Below are positions 38,394 to 49,438 of a stretch of DNA of 62,999 nt, piece by piece (position 1 is the first letter of the stretch; every line of letters starts with the position of its first letter). The translations under genes and the position numbers were made by a program. This stretch comes from an uncultured Bacillota bacterium. GTDB lineage: Bacteria; Bacillota_I; Bacilli_A; RF39; UBA660. The stretch is taken from the NCBI GenBank assembly GCA_946541645.1, contig CAMNJS010000001.1:1-62999 (forward strand), given 5' to 3'. The notes under the pieces were generated by a model. It was not told the origin of the DNA and did not search any database. It saw only the letters and a list, made by a program, of their open reading frames with translations.

Positions 38394-40790
38394 ATGTACG
38401 ATTTTAAAAAAATAGAAAAAAAGTGGCAAGAATACTGGGAAAAAGAAAATTGCTTTAAAGCAACCGATGATTTTTCAAAACCCAAATTTTACGCTTTAGT
38501 AGAATTTCCTTATCCATCAGGAGTAGGTATGCATTTAGGACATATAAAGGCTTATTCAGGGCTTGAAGTTATTACTAGAAAAAGAAGACTAGAAGGATAC
38601 AATGTATTATTCCCAATTGGATATGATGCCTTTGGTTTACCAACTGAAAACTCAGCAATTAAGCAAAACATCCATCCACGAACACTAACAGACAGAAACA
38701 TTGAAGTTTTTGCAGGTCAGCTTAAAAAAGTGGGCTTTTCATTTGACTGGTCAAGAGTAATTGACACAACAGATGAAAAATACTATAAATGGACTCAATG
38801 GATATTTTTAAAAATGTTTGAAAAGGGATTAGCATTTAGAGATAAAACACTTGTTAACTATTGCCCTAGTTGTAGAGTAGTTTTGTCAAATGAAGATTCA
38901 CAAGGTGGTAAATGTGACATATGCCATTCACAAGTAATTCAAAAAGAAAAAGACGTTTGGTATCTAAGAATTACTGAATATGCTGACAAACTATTAGAAG
39001 GATTAAAAGAAGTAGATTATTTGCCTAACATAAAATTACAACAAGAAAATTGGATAGGTAAATCAGAAGGAGCATTTGTAGATTTTAATGTTAAAGAAAT
39101 AGATGAAAAAATTACAATATATACAACAAGACCAGACACATTATTTGGCGTAACTTTTATGGTGCTCGCCCCAGAACACCCAATTATTGATAAAAATAAA
39201 AATATAATATCTAATATCGAAGAAATAGAATCTTATAGAGAAAAGGCTAAAGAAAAAACTGAATTTGAAAGAGTACAACTAGCCAAAGAAAAAACCGGCG
39301 TAAAAATAGAAGGTATGACCGCAATTAATCCAGTAAACGGTAAAGAAATTCCAATATACATATCAGACTATGTAATGATGGGTTACGGAACAGGAGCTAT
39401 TATGGCTGTACCAGCTCATGACAATAGAGATTATGAATTTGCCAAAAAATTTGATATCGACATTATTCCCGTAATAGAAGGTGGCGATATAGAAAAAGAA
39501 GCCTATACTGGAGACGGCATCCACATTAATTCATCCTACCTAGATGGACTTAACAAAGAAGAAGCAATAAACAAAATAATAAAGAAATTAACTGAACAAA
39601 AGCAAGGCCAAAAAGGCGTACAATATAAAATGAAAGACTGGGCCTTTAATAGACAAAGATATTGGGGAGAGCCAATACCTATAGTTAAGTGTCAACACTG
39701 CGGGGACGTTGCTGTACCTTATGACGAACTACCTTTAAAACTTCCAGAAGTCGAGAACTTCGAAGTTGGAAAAGATGGTGAAAGTCCACTTGCTAAAATT
39801 GAATCATTTGTCAACTGCAAATGTCCAAAATGCGGAAGAGACGCCAAAAGAGAAACAGACACGATGCCACAGTGGGCAGGCTCATCATGGTACTTTTTAA
39901 GATACATTGATCCGCATAACGATAACGAATTTGCCAGTCTAGAAAAACTAAAATATTGGATGCCAGTTGACTGGTATAATGGTGGAATGGAACACGTTAC
40001 AAGACATGTTATTTATTCAAGATTTTGGTATCACTTCTTATATGATTTAGGACTAGTACCAACTAAAGAACCTTATAAAAAAAGAACCGCTCAAGGTTTA
40101 ATTTTGGGACCTGATGGTGAAAAAATGAGCAAATCACGTGGTAATACCATTGACCCAAATACTTTAGTAGACGAGTATGGTGCGGACACACTTAGAACCT
40201 ATGTTCTATTCCTTGGAGACTACGGCTTAGAAGCCCCATGGAATGATCAAGGCTTTAAAGGAATTAGTAGATTTTTAGACAGGATAGAACGTTTGAATGA
40301 AAAAGTAACAAGTTCCATGGAATATTCTAAAGAACTTGAAACAACTATTCATAAAGCCATAAAAAAAGTGTCAAATGACATAGAAAATATGAAATTTAAC
40401 ACCGCAATATCAGAACTCATGAAATTATTAAACGAGTATTCTACTAAAGAAAAAATAACAAAAAAAGACTATAGTTTATTACTTACTCTTTTATATCCAT
40501 TCGCCCCACATTTAGCAGAGGAGCTTAATGAAAGATTAGGGCTTACTCCTATATGTAAATCAAATTGGCCAGAATATGATGAAGTAAAAACCATCGAAGA
40601 TAATGTAACAATAGGCGTTCAGGTAAATGGAAAACTAAGAGGGACAATTGATATAGCTGTAGATACTCCTAAAGAAGAAATCCTTAAAATTGCCAAAGAA
40701 AATGAAAATGTAAAAAAACATTTTGAAGGAAAACAGATAATTAAAGAAATAGTAATTCCAAACAAAATTGTAAACTTTGTTTTAAAATAA
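38394..40790 (+). CDS. leuS: Leucine--tRNA ligase
   Basis: HIGH-like PYPSGVGMHLGH, KMSKS (GEKMSKSRGN) and a CP1 editing domain, 798 aa. Confidence 0.97.
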   Translation: MYDFKKIEKKWQEYWEKENCFKATDDFSKPKFYALVEFPYPSGVGMHLGHIKAYSGLEVITRKRRLEGYNVLFPIGYDAFGLPTENSAIKQNIHPRTLTDRNIEVFAGQLKKVGFSFDWSRVIDTTDEKYYKWTQWIFLKMFEKGLAFRDKTLVNYCPSCRVVLSNEDSQGGKCDICHSQVIQKEKDVWYLRITEYADKLLEGLKEVDYLPNIKLQQENWIGKSEGAFVDFNVKEIDEKITIYTTRPDTLFGVTFMVLAPEHPIIDKNKNIISNIEEIESYREKAKEKTEFERVQLAKEKTGVKIEGMTAINPVNGKEIPIYISDYVMMGYGTGAIMAVPAHDNRDYEFAKKFDIDIIPVIEGGDIEKEAYTGDGIHINSSYLDGLNKEEAINKIIKKLTEQKQGQKGVQYKMKDWAFNRQRYWGEPIPIVKCQHCGDVAVPYDELPLKLPEVENFEVGKDGESPLAKIESFVNCKCPKCGRDAKRETDTMPQWAGSSWYFLRYIDPHNDNEFASLEKLKYWMPVDWYNGGMEHVTRHVIYSRFWYHFLYDLGLVPTKEPYKKRTAQGLILGPDGEKMSKSRGNTIDPNTLVDEYGADTLRTYVLFLGDYGLEAPWNDQGFKGISRFLDRIERLNEKVTSSMEYSKELETTIHKAIKKVSNDIENMKFNTAISELMKLLNEYSTKEKITKKDYSLLLTLLYPFAPHLAEELNERLGLTPICKSNWPEYDEVKTIEDNVTIGVQVNGKLRGTIDIAVDTPKEEILKIAKENENVKKHFEGKQIIKEIVIPNKIVNFVLK

Positions 40791-40801
40791 AGGAGAAAAT
40801 T

Positions 40802-41458
40802 ATGGAAATAGGAAAATATATTGATCACACAAATCTAAAAATGGATGCAAAAACCGAAGATATAACAAAGTTATGTGCGGAAGCCATAGAAAATGGTTTT
40901 GAAACTGTGTGCGTTCACCCGTGTTACGTATCACTAGCCAAAAATTTGTTAAAAAATACTAATATTGGAGTATGTACTGTTATCGGATTTCCACTTGGTA
41001 TGAACACACCTAAAGTAAAATCATTTGAAGCAATTGATGCAGTAGAAAATGGCGCTGATGAAATTGATATGGTTATTAACGTCGGAGCATTAAAAGATAA
41101 AGACTATGATTATGTTAAAAAAGAAATAGAACTAATAAGAGACGATATTGATGGAAAAACATTAAAAGTAATTATTGAAACGTCGCTACTTACTGAAGCT
41201 GAAATAATAAAAATGACTGAAATTTGCAACGAAACATTTGTCCACTATATAAAAACAAATACTGGATTTGGAAGCAGAGGAGTTTCTTTAGAAGATGTTG
41301 AAATCATAAATAAACATAAAAATGACGTGCTAGAAATAAAAGCTAGTGGCGGAATTAAAACATTTGAGCAAATGAATAAATTAATAGAAGCAGGGGCTAC
41401 TAGAATAGGTACAAGTAGTGGTGTTGAAATAGTAAAAAATATTAATAATGAAAAATAG
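40802..41458 (+). CDS. deoC: Deoxyribose-phosphate aldolase
   Basis: IDHTNLK, EIDMVIN and IKASGGI (Schiff-base Lys region) motifs, 218 aa. Confidence 0.9.
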   Translation: MEIGKYIDHTNLKMDAKTEDITKLCAEAIENGFETVCVHPCYVSLAKNLLKNTNIGVCTVIGFPLGMNTPKVKSFEAIDAVENGADEIDMVINVGALKDKDYDYVKKEIELIRDDIDGKTLKVIIETSLLTEAEIIKMTEICNETFVHYIKTNTGFGSRGVSLEDVEIINKHKNDVLEIKASGGIKTFEQMNKLIEAGATRIGTSSGVEIVKNINNEK

Positions 41459-41465
41459 CATTAAA

Positions 41466-41496
41466 CAAAAAAATTGGGAAACTTTCCCAATTTTTT
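41466..41496. terminator. Bidirectional rho-independent terminator
   Basis: A6-TTGGGA-aactt-TCCCAA-T6 between the convergent deoC and rpsD. Confidence 0.8.
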
Positions 41497-42097
41497 ATCT
41501 GTTGTAATATTCGATAATTAATGCTTCGTCGATGTCCGCATTTAATTCACTACGTTCAGGCATTCTAACATAAGTTGCTTCCATTTTTTTATCATCATAT
41601 GTAACATATTCAACTCTAGTATGTAAAGCTTCTAAAGATTCTCTAACAATCTTAAGTTCTTTATCATTTTCTGGTAAACCAATAACATCTCCAGGTTTAA
41701 CTTGATAAGATGGAATATTAACTTTTTTACCATTAACAGTTATATGACCATGATTAACTAATTGTCTAGCACCTTTTCTTGTAGTTGCAAACCCAATTCT
41801 GTAAACTAAGTTGTCCAAACGGCTTTCTAATAACTTAAGTAAGTTTTCACCATTGACACCCTTCATTTTTACAGCTTTTTCAAACGCTCTATGCATTTGC
41901 TTTTCAGAAATACCGTACATAAATCTGACTTTTTGTTTTTCTTGTAATTGGATACCATAGTTAGATAATTTTTTTCTTCTATCTTGTCCATGATCACCAG
42001 GGGCGTAAGGTCTCTTAGCAAGTTCCTTACCGTTTTCTAAAGTGGAAAAACCAAAACGTCTAGATTTTTTATAAATAGGTCCAGTATATCTTGCCAT
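41495..42097 (-). CDS. rpsD: 30S ribosomal protein S4
   Basis: [16 protein letters not shown]..., S4 domain, 200 aa. Confidence 0.96.
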   Translation of the reverse strand: MARYTGPIYKKSRRFGFSTLENGKELAKRPYAPGDHGQDRRKKLSNYGIQLQEKQKVRFMYGISEKQMHRAFEKAVKMKGVNGENLLKLLESRLDNLVYRIGFATTRKGARQLVNHGHITVNGKKVNIPSYQVKPGDVIGLPENDKELKIVRESLEALHTRVEYVTYDDKKMEATYVRMPERSELNADIDEALIIEYYNR

Positions 42098-42205
42098 ATC
42101 TTTATCCTCCTTTCACACGTGGAAAGGTTATTTTGATAAATTATAGGGTGGACTAAATCAATATTAGATCTAGCAGCGATAGCTCTAATAACCCCTATAG
42201 GGAAT
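42098..42205 (-). promoter_or_regulatory. Structured rpsD 5-prime leader (candidate S4 autoregulatory element)
   Basis: A -10 TATAAT lies on the minus strand at 42212-42217. The leader contains the palindrome CCCTATAGGG and the hairpin CCUUUC-cacgugu-GAAAGG (42109-42127), which pairs half of the GAAAGGAGG Shine-Dalgarno sequence. Confidence 0.3.
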
Positions 42206-42412
42206 AACCACATTATAATCCTCAAAATAACGCTGCTTCAAACACGTCTTAATAATTATATTATGTTTGCCCTTTAAAGTCAATACTTTTTTATTAAAAA
42301 CCAATCATTAAAGAATATGATTGAAAATGCATTTTATATCATCAATTTAAAACTTTTACAAAATTTTACAAAAACAGACAAAAATATGTTATTATTATAA
42401 TAGGTGGTTTAC

Positions 42413-44134
42413 ATGGATGACATATTAATCATAGTTGGTATTGTTGCACTAGCAGCTATAATTTCTATAATTTTAGTTATACATTTAATGAGAAAAAGCA
42501 AAAAAAACAAATATAAAAAAATCATTGATAACTTAGACTATCAAAAAAATGAATTAGATACTTCACCAGTAGGGCCAGAACTTGCGAAATTACAAAACTA
42601 CACAAATAACGAAAAATTAAACGTTATGTACAATAACTGGAAAGAAAGACTAGATGATATAAAAGAAGTAAAAATACCTAAAATAACTGATATGCTTATT
42701 GAAGCTGAATACTTACTTTCTAAAAAAGACTATAAAAGTACAATGTATAAAATAGCTAAACTAGAAATGGAAATATATAAAGTAAGGACAACTTCCGAAT
42801 TCTTATTAGACGAAATTAGAGAAGTTACTAATAGTGAAGAACGAAATAGAGGAAATATAACCAAGCAAAAAGCTCACTATAGAAAGCTATATTTAAAATT
42901 TAAGGAAACTGAATCTGAATATGGAGAGTTTAGTGAAAAAGTTGAAAATGAATTTCAAATAATAGCCAAAAGATTTGAAGACTTCGAAACACTAATGGAA
43001 AACAAAGAATTTACAGAAATTCCTAAAATACTAAAAGTCATTGATGAACTTCTAAACCATTTAGAAGTAGTTACTGATGAACTTCCATCAATTGTCTTAA
43101 TAGCCCAAAATATTTTGCCCAAAAAAATAGAAGAGATTTCAAAAATATATAATAAAATGGACGAAGAAGGATACCCCCTTGATTACCTAAACATTGAATA
43201 TAATATAAAAGAAGCTAAAAATAAAATATCTGATATCTTAGAAAGAGCTAAAGTTTTAAATATTGAAGACAGTTTATTTGATTTAAAAGTGCTTGCTGAA
43301 TACTTTGAAAAATTATTTACTGATTTCGAAAAAGAAAAAGTAATCAAAGTAGATTATGAAGATGCCAATGCAACTTTTAAAAACAAACTAAATAAGACAA
43401 ACAAATTAGTGGAAGAAATATTTGAACAAATGAACTATTTAAAAGAAATGTATAATTTATCAGAAGCAGATATTAAGAATTTCTATGAAGTAAAAACAGA
43501 AGTAGATGAACTTAACGAAGATTATAATACACTCCTAAGTCATACTAGTAATGGCAGTTTCGCTTACTCAAAACTGACTGATAGTATAGATGAACTTTTT
43601 AATAGATTATCTAAAACAGAGTCAAAGCTTGATAGCTCATTAAATATTTTAGGAAACATGCATGATGATGAAATGCGTGCAAAAGAACAGTTAAACGAAG
43701 TAAAAGAATTATTAAAAGATGCTCAAAATAAACTAAGAACATATAATCTTCCAGTAATTCCTAACAAATACTATACAGAACTAAGAGAAGCTAAAGAGGC
43801 CATGAATGAAATAATAAAAGAGCTAGAAAAAAAACCGATAACTATTGAAACCTTAAATACTAGAGTAGATACAGCAAGAGACCTAGCTATAAAACTATCA
43901 GGAAAAACTAAAGAAATGATGCATATGGCAAAATTTGCTGAAATGGCGATCGTTTATGGTAATCGTTATCGCTCTAGAGAAAAAGACCTAGATCGTAATT
44001 TAAAATATTCTGAAAGTCTATTTTATAAAGGAGAATATAAAAAATCACTAGAACTTACCATTAATTCATTAAATAAAATAGAACCAGGAATTTATGAAAA
44101 ATTACTAGAATTATCCGAAAAAAAGTCAAATTAA
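42413..44134 (+). CDS. ezrA: Septation ring formation regulator EzrA
   Basis: N-terminal TM helix, a roughly 550-aa coiled-coil body and the C-terminal conserved patch IVYGNRYR. ATG at 42413 follows TAGGTGG. Confidence 0.78.
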   Translation: MDDILIIVGIVALAAIISIILVIHLMRKSKKNKYKKIIDNLDYQKNELDTSPVGPELAKLQNYTNNEKLNVMYNNWKERLDDIKEVKIPKITDMLIEAEYLLSKKDYKSTMYKIAKLEMEIYKVRTTSEFLLDEIREVTNSEERNRGNITKQKAHYRKLYLKFKETESEYGEFSEKVENEFQIIAKRFEDFETLMENKEFTEIPKILKVIDELLNHLEVVTDELPSIVLIAQNILPKKIEEISKIYNKMDEEGYPLDYLNIEYNIKEAKNKISDILERAKVLNIEDSLFDLKVLAEYFEKLFTDFEKEKVIKVDYEDANATFKNKLNKTNKLVEEIFEQMNYLKEMYNLSEADIKNFYEVKTEVDELNEDYNTLLSHTSNGSFAYSKLTDSIDELFNRLSKTESKLDSSLNILGNMHDDEMRAKEQLNEVKELLKDAQNKLRTYNLPVIPNKYYTELREAKEAMNEIIKELEKKPITIETLNTRVDTARDLAIKLSGKTKEMMHMAKFAEMAIVYGNRYRSREKDLDRNLKYSESLFYKGEYKKSLELTINSLNKIEPGIYEKLLELSEKKSN

Positions 44135-44289
44135 TTTACTTTTTATTATATAATCGCAAGTCATATTAACTTAAAAAGTGCCATTAATAAATTTTATAAA
44201 CATTCAAAAGATGACATCTTTTGGGTGTTTTTCTTTACAATAAAATCAAATTTTGATAGAATTGATTTGACTTTAAAAGAGGTGAAAAT

Positions 44290-45456
44290 ATGGATGAATT
44301 AATAATGATTAAATATGGTGAGCTTACTACAAAAAAAGATAACAGAAAAATGTTTATCAAAATATTAACTCAAAATATTGAAAGACTAATTAAAGAAAAC
44401 TACGAAATAGTTAAAGATAACTCTAGAATGTATATAAAATGTAGTAACGCGTTAAAAATATCAAAAAAATTACAAAAAATATTTGGAATTCACGGTATAT
44501 CTATAGTTTATAAAGTAAATAATAATTATAAAGATGTTTTAAACAAATCATTAAACATTATGGATAAAACAAAAAAAACATTTAAAGTGGTAACTAAAAG
44601 AGCAGACAAAGATTTTGAAATAAGTTCAATGGATTATAGTAGAAAATTAGGTGGACTAATTTTGAAAAATTCTGATTTTAAAGTAGACGTCCATAACCCA
44701 GATATAACCTTAAATATTGAAATTAGAAAAGAAGGAACATATATTTATACTGATGAGTTAAAAGGAGCAGGTGGCTATCCAGTAGGCGTACAAGGCAAAG
44801 GATTATTAATGTTAAGTGGCGGCATTGATAGCCCAGTAGCTGGATATTTGGCTATGAAAAGAGGTGTAAATGTAGAATGTCTATATTTTGAATCCCCACC
44901 ACATACATCTATTGAAGCCAAAAACAAAGTAAAAACTTTAGCTAGTATAATCAACGAATATTCAGGGAAAGTGAAATTGCACATAGTTCCATTTACTAAA
45001 ATTCAAGAGGCTATATATAGAAATTGCCCTGATAATTATATGATAACCATTATGCGCAGAATGATGTATAGAATATCTGAAAAATATGCAAAAAAAATAA
45101 ATGCTAAAATATTAATAAATGGAGAAAGTATTGGACAAGTGGCTAGTCAAACATTAGACAGCATGGTTTGTATCAACGAAGTTACAAATATGCCAGTAAT
45201 AAGACCAGTTGCCACATACGATAAACTAGAAATAATTGATATTGCAAAAAAAATAAATACATATGAAACTAGCATATTACCATATGAAGATTGCTGCACG
45301 ATCTTTGTTCCACCACATCCTGTAATTAATCCAGATATAGAAAAAGCAAGGACATATGAAACCGCATTCGACTATGAAAAATTAATAGATGAATGTCTAG
45401 ATAATATAGAAACAATAACTAATTTTGAAGAAGAAAAATATGAGGATATGCTTTAA
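44290..45456 (+). CDS. thiI: tRNA 4-thiouridine synthase ThiI
   Basis: THUMP domain and PP-loop LLMLSGGIDSPVA, 388 aa. Confidence 0.9.
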   Translation: MDELIMIKYGELTTKKDNRKMFIKILTQNIERLIKENYEIVKDNSRMYIKCSNALKISKKLQKIFGIHGISIVYKVNNNYKDVLNKSLNIMDKTKKTFKVVTKRADKDFEISSMDYSRKLGGLILKNSDFKVDVHNPDITLNIEIRKEGTYIYTDELKGAGGYPVGVQGKGLLMLSGGIDSPVAGYLAMKRGVNVECLYFESPPHTSIEAKNKVKTLASIINEYSGKVKLHIVPFTKIQEAIYRNCPDNYMITIMRRMMYRISEKYAKKINAKILINGESIGQVASQTLDSMVCINEVTNMPVIRPVATYDKLEIIDIAKKINTYETSILPYEDCCTIFVPPHPVINPDIEKARTYETAFDYEKLIDECLDNIETITNFEEEKYEDML

Positions 45457-45531
45457 CAAAAATTACCAGCGAAAAAAAAGTATTATTTTGCCAAATGTAC
45501 ACACTATATAAATGTACAGGAGGTGAAACAC

Positions 45532-45744
45532 ATGACTAGTAATAAAAGTAATCGTTTAGTTGTTCCTGGTGCTAAACAAGCAATTGAACAAATGAAATAT
45601 GAAATTGCTAACGAATTAGGTGTTAATATGGGACCAGATGCAACAAGTAGAGCTAATGGCTCTGTTGGTGGCGAAATTACTAAAAGACTTGTACAAATGG
45701 GTCAACAACATCTTTCAGGTAATTATTCAAATTTCTCTAAATAA
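45532..45744 (+). CDS. Alpha/beta-type small acid-soluble spore protein
   Basis: [23 protein letters not shown] and GGEITKRLV motifs. ATG at 45532 follows GGAGGTGA. Confidence 0.92.
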   Translation: MTSNKSNRLVVPGAKQAIEQMKYEIANELGVNMGPDATSRANGSVGGEITKRLVQMGQQHLSGNYSNFSK

Positions 45745-45757
45745 TTATTAAAAATAA

Positions 45758-45784
45758 AAGTAACTTAAATTAAGTTGCTTTTTA
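45758..45784 (+). terminator. Rho-independent terminator
   Basis: AGTAACTTA-aat-TAAGTTGCT followed by TTTTT. Confidence 0.7.
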
Positions 45785-45879
45785 ATATGGGAGGTTTATG
45801 GGGCTTTTATGACTACCTTGTGGAAAGATTATAGTAGTAAAACATTTACTAATAAAGTATAATGTACAAGGTGATAAAA

Positions 45880-47046
45880 ATGCAAACGGTTGTATTGAAA
45901 TTTGGTGGTAGCTCATTAGCCGATAATGAAAAAATAAAACAAGTAGTTAATAAAATTATTGAATATAAAAAGGATAAAAAGCTAGTAGTAGTTGTTTCCG
46001 CCCAAGGAAATACAACTACTAACTTAACCAAAGAAGCTTTAGACCTTGTAAAAGTTCCAAATGATAGAGAAATGGACACTTTACTTTCTGTAGGTGAACA
46101 GATATCTGCATCTAAATTAAGTATTTTATTAAATGATTATGGCTATAAAGCCATATCTTTAACAGGCTGGCAAGCAGGCATTGTGACAAATGAAATGTAT
46201 CAAAATGCAAAAATAAAGCAAATAAATATAGGAAGAATAAAAAAAGAATTAAATGAAAACAAAATAGTAATAGTTACTGGTTTTCAAGGAGTAGACGAAA
46301 ACGGTAACATCACTACGCTAGGAAGAGGTGGATCAGATACAACAGCTGTATCCATCGCTGCTGCATTAAATGCAGACAAATGCTATATATTTTCTGACGT
46401 TGACGGAGTATATACAGCAGATCCAAAGCTTATAAAAAATGCTAAAAAATTATCAAAAATATCATATGAAGAAATGAATGAAATTGCAGATTCGGGAGCA
46501 AAAGTCTTACACAATAGATGCATAAAAATCGGCAATGAATTTGACTGTAATATCATTGCCGCAGGCACATTTACTAATGATAAAGGAACAAAAATATGTA
46601 GAGAAATCGAAAAACCTGGTGTAAAAGGTATTGTTAAAAATTCAAATGTGGTACTATTTGAATTAAAAAAAGATAAAACTATTGAAAAGCAAGAACCCTA
46701 TAAAATTTATAATACCTTATTAAAACATAATATCATTGTTGATAAATTTAAATGTAATGGCAAAATTACATTTAATATTGAAAACAGTCAAATAAACAAA
46801 GTAGAAAAAATAATGAATGAATATTTTAAAGACTATAAAATAACTAAAATAAAAGTCACCAAAATTGCCATCATAGGTTATGGAATAACAGGAGATAATA
46901 AGATATTAATTGAAGTAATGAAAATACTAAACGAACATAGACTAGAAATATCGTCCATTGATTTAACTAAATCTAAAATAGAAATTACTGTAAAAAAAAT
47001 AGATAATATAGTTATTAACAAATTACACGAAGCACTAATTAAATAA
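45880..47046 (+). CDS. Aspartate kinase
   Basis: VVLKFGGSSLA, GRGGSDTTA and C-terminal ACT repeats. ATG at 45880 follows AAGGTGA. Confidence 0.88.
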   Translation: MQTVVLKFGGSSLADNEKIKQVVNKIIEYKKDKKLVVVVSAQGNTTTNLTKEALDLVKVPNDREMDTLLSVGEQISASKLSILLNDYGYKAISLTGWQAGIVTNEMYQNAKIKQINIGRIKKELNENKIVIVTGFQGVDENGNITTLGRGGSDTTAVSIAAALNADKCYIFSDVDGVYTADPKLIKNAKKLSKISYEEMNEIADSGAKVLHNRCIKIGNEFDCNIIAAGTFTNDKGTKICREIEKPGVKGIVKNSNVVLFELKKDKTIEKQEPYKIYNTLLKHNIIVDKFKCNGKITFNIENSQINKVEKIMNEYFKDYKITKIKVTKIAIIGYGITGDNKILIEVMKILNEHRLEISSIDLTKSKIEITVKKIDNIVINKLHEALIK

Positions 47047-47059
47047 ATAGTGCTTTTTA
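47031..47059. terminator. Rho-independent terminator overlapping the aspartate kinase stop codon
   Basis: AGCACTA-attaaataaa-TAGTGCT followed by TTTTT, between convergent genes. Confidence 0.65.
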
Positions 47060-47086
47060 TGTAAAAAAATATAAATAGAATAATAG

Positions 47087-47650
47087 TTATAATATTTCAT
47101 CAATTAATCCATATTCTAAAGCTTCTGGTGCTGTCAAAAAATAATCCCTCTCAGTATCACTTTCTATTTTTTTAATATCTTGACCAGTTTTTTCACTCAA
47201 AATTAAATTTAATTTTTCTTTTAACCTAATTATCCTTTCCGCAGCTATTTTAATCTCCGTAGCTTGTCCTTGTGCCCCACCAAGAGGCTGATGAATCATT
47301 ACCTCACTGTTAGGAAGCGCATACCTCATACCTTTTTCACCAGATGCAAGTAAAAAAGCTGCCATACTAGCTGCCATACCAACACATACCGTTGAAACCT
47401 TACTCTTAGTAAAATTCATCGTATCATATATAGCAGTACCGCTAGTAATACTCCCACCAGGCGAATTAATATATATACTAATAGGATCATGATTCAAAGA
47501 ATCCAAGTATAAAAGTTCGGCAACAACTATATTAGACAAATTATCATCTATTTCTCCACTAAGAATAATAATTCTATCCTTTAAAAGTCTAGAATATATG
47601 TCATAAACACGCTCACCATCACTGCTTTTCTCAAGAACACTTGGTACCAT
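47087..47650 (-). CDS. clpP: ATP-dependent Clp protease proteolytic subunit
   Basis: [23 protein letters not shown] (Ser) and MIHQPLGG (His) motifs. ATG at 47650 follows GAGGGGTGA. Confidence 0.95.
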   Translation of the reverse strand: MVPSVLEKSSDGERVYDIYSRLLKDRIIILSGEIDDNLSNIVVAELLYLDSLNHDPISIYINSPGGSITSGTAIYDTMNFTKSKVSTVCVGMAASMAAFLLASGEKGMRYALPNSEVMIHQPLGGAQGQATEIKIAAERIIRLKEKLNLILSEKTGQDIKKIESDTERDYFLTAPEALEYGLIDEIL

Positions 47651-47763
47651 ATTTATCACCCCTCTAATATTTATAATAGGTGTAAACTAAAAATAATATG
47701 CATTAAAATAAATGACAAAATTATATATTTTTGGTAAACTAATAATAGATAGTAGGGGATAAA

Positions 47764-49425
47764 ATGAAAAAACTAAAATTAAAATATAAAGATAGATACA
47801 TTGAAAACGTTGAATATGAAACGCCACTATATGAGATATTAAAAGAAATAAAAGAAGATTATAAATATTCAGTAGTAGGTGCAAGCCTAGATGGGTATCT
47901 AGTAGATTTAAATACCAAAATAACTGAAAATGAAAAAGTAGAGTTTTATGATACATCTTCAGTTATTGGAAATAGAATATATGCCCGAAGTTTAGAATTT
48001 TTAATAACAGTAGCCTGCAAAAAAGTTTTAGATAATGATTCTGAAGTTTTAATAAATTACTCCTTAGAAAATGGTGTATGTATTGAAATAACTGGCAAAA
48101 AAATCAGCACCATAACGATAAAAAAAATAGAAGAAAAAATGAACGAATTAGTAAATAGTGAACTACCAATTAACTATATAATTGTAGATAGATTAGATGC
48201 CATTAAATATTTTAAAAGAAATAACCAAATGGATAAAGTAAATTCCTTAAAATATATGACCAGCAAAACAATTACCTTATATACATTAGATGACGTTTAT
48301 GATTATTTTTATTGGCCACTTGTCTATAATACTAAGTTATTAAACAAATTTGCCATTAGTAACCTAAAAGATAATAAATTTATTTTAAGTTATCCTACTA
48401 GTGCAAACCCAAACAAAGTAAAAGAATATATAAAACACGACCTTACTGCAAAAACATATGAAGATTTTCAAAATTGGGGTAGACTTATAAATATTAAAAC
48501 AGCCTCAGACCTCAATAGACTCTGCGCGCTAGGACAAGATGTTGAAACCGTAAAACTATTTGAAACTCATTATGAAGATCAATTATCAAAAATCGCCGAG
48601 GAAATATCCAAAAGAAAAGATAAAATAAAAATAATTTTACTAGCAGGACCTTCATCAAGCGGTAAAACGACAACTGCCAAAAAACTAGAGTTATATTTAA
48701 AAGTAAAAGGAATGCACACGAAAAAGATTTCTCTTGATAACTATTTTGTAGATAGAATATATGCCCCAAAAGATGATGAAGGAAATTTAGATTATTCAGA
48801 CATTAAATCTCTAGATGTAACCTTATTTCAAAAGCAACTATCTAGAATGTTAAAAGGAAATAAAGTATTAATGCCAACTTATGATTTTGTAAACGGCAAA
48901 AAATATTATAAAGATAACTACATAAAATTAGCAGAAGATGACATTATAATTGTTGAAGGCATTCATACCCTAAACGAAAAGCTCACAAGCATCATACCTA
49001 GAGAAAATAAATATAAAATATTTATAAGCCCACTAGTCAGCTTAAAATTAGATAATCATAATAGAATACATTCAACAGATGTCAGAAAAATAAGAAGAAT
49101 TGTAAGAGATAATCTGTTTAGAGGAACCAGTGCTGAAGAAACACTTGCCATGTGGCCAAACGTCGATAAAGAAGCCATAAAAAATATATATCCATACCAA
49201 GACGATGCCGATTCTATATTAAACTCATCGTTAGGTTACGAACTAAACGTGCTTAGAATATATGCCGAACCATTATTATACGGAATTGAAAGTACAAGTA
49301 AAGAATATGTAGAGGCTGTAAGACTTTTAAATTTATTACACAATTTTTTAACGATTACCAGTGAAGTAGTACCAAAAGATTCAATTTTAAGAGAATTTAT
49401 TGGTGGAAGTAGTTTTAAAGATTAG
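47764..49425 (+). CDS. Nucleoside/uridine kinase family protein with N-terminal TGS-like domain
   Basis: P-loop LLAGPSSSGKTTTAKKL in a PRK/uridine-kinase-like C-terminal half, 553 aa. Confidence 0.6.
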   Translation: MKKLKLKYKDRYIENVEYETPLYEILKEIKEDYKYSVVGASLDGYLVDLNTKITENEKVEFYDTSSVIGNRIYARSLEFLITVACKKVLDNDSEVLINYSLENGVCIEITGKKISTITIKKIEEKMNELVNSELPINYIIVDRLDAIKYFKRNNQMDKVNSLKYMTSKTITLYTLDDVYDYFYWPLVYNTKLLNKFAISNLKDNKFILSYPTSANPNKVKEYIKHDLTAKTYEDFQNWGRLINIKTASDLNRLCALGQDVETVKLFETHYEDQLSKIAEEISKRKDKIKIILLAGPSSSGKTTTAKKLELYLKVKGMHTKKISLDNYFVDRIYAPKDDEGNLDYSDIKSLDVTLFQKQLSRMLKGNKVLMPTYDFVNGKKYYKDNYIKLAEDDIIIVEGIHTLNEKLTSIIPRENKYKIFISPLVSLKLDNHNRIHSTDVRKIRRIVRDNLFRGTSAEETLAMWPNVDKEAIKNIYPYQDDADSILNSSLGYELNVLRIYAEPLLYGIESTSKEYVEAVRLLNLLHNFLTITSEVVPKDSILREFIGGSSFKD

Positions 49426-49438
49426 GAAGGATGATAAA

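Noticed and set aside
45790-45860. Mini-ORFs (MGLL* and MTTLWKDYSSKTFTNKV*) upstream of aspartate kinase, considered as a leader peptide or riboswitch
   Set aside because: RBS spacing is poor. There are no runs of regulatory codons and no alternative terminator/antiterminator structure. The region is too short for an L-box.
47682-47742. Direct repeat GTAAACTAA(a/t)AATA, 52 bp apart, in the clpP / kinase divergent intergenic region, considered as a CtsR-like operator
   Set aside because: It does not match the GGTCAAA heptad repeat of CtsR operators. Both copies are preceded by TG and read as extended -10-like elements (TGgTAAACT / TGtAAACTA), so ordinary promoter sequence explains them.
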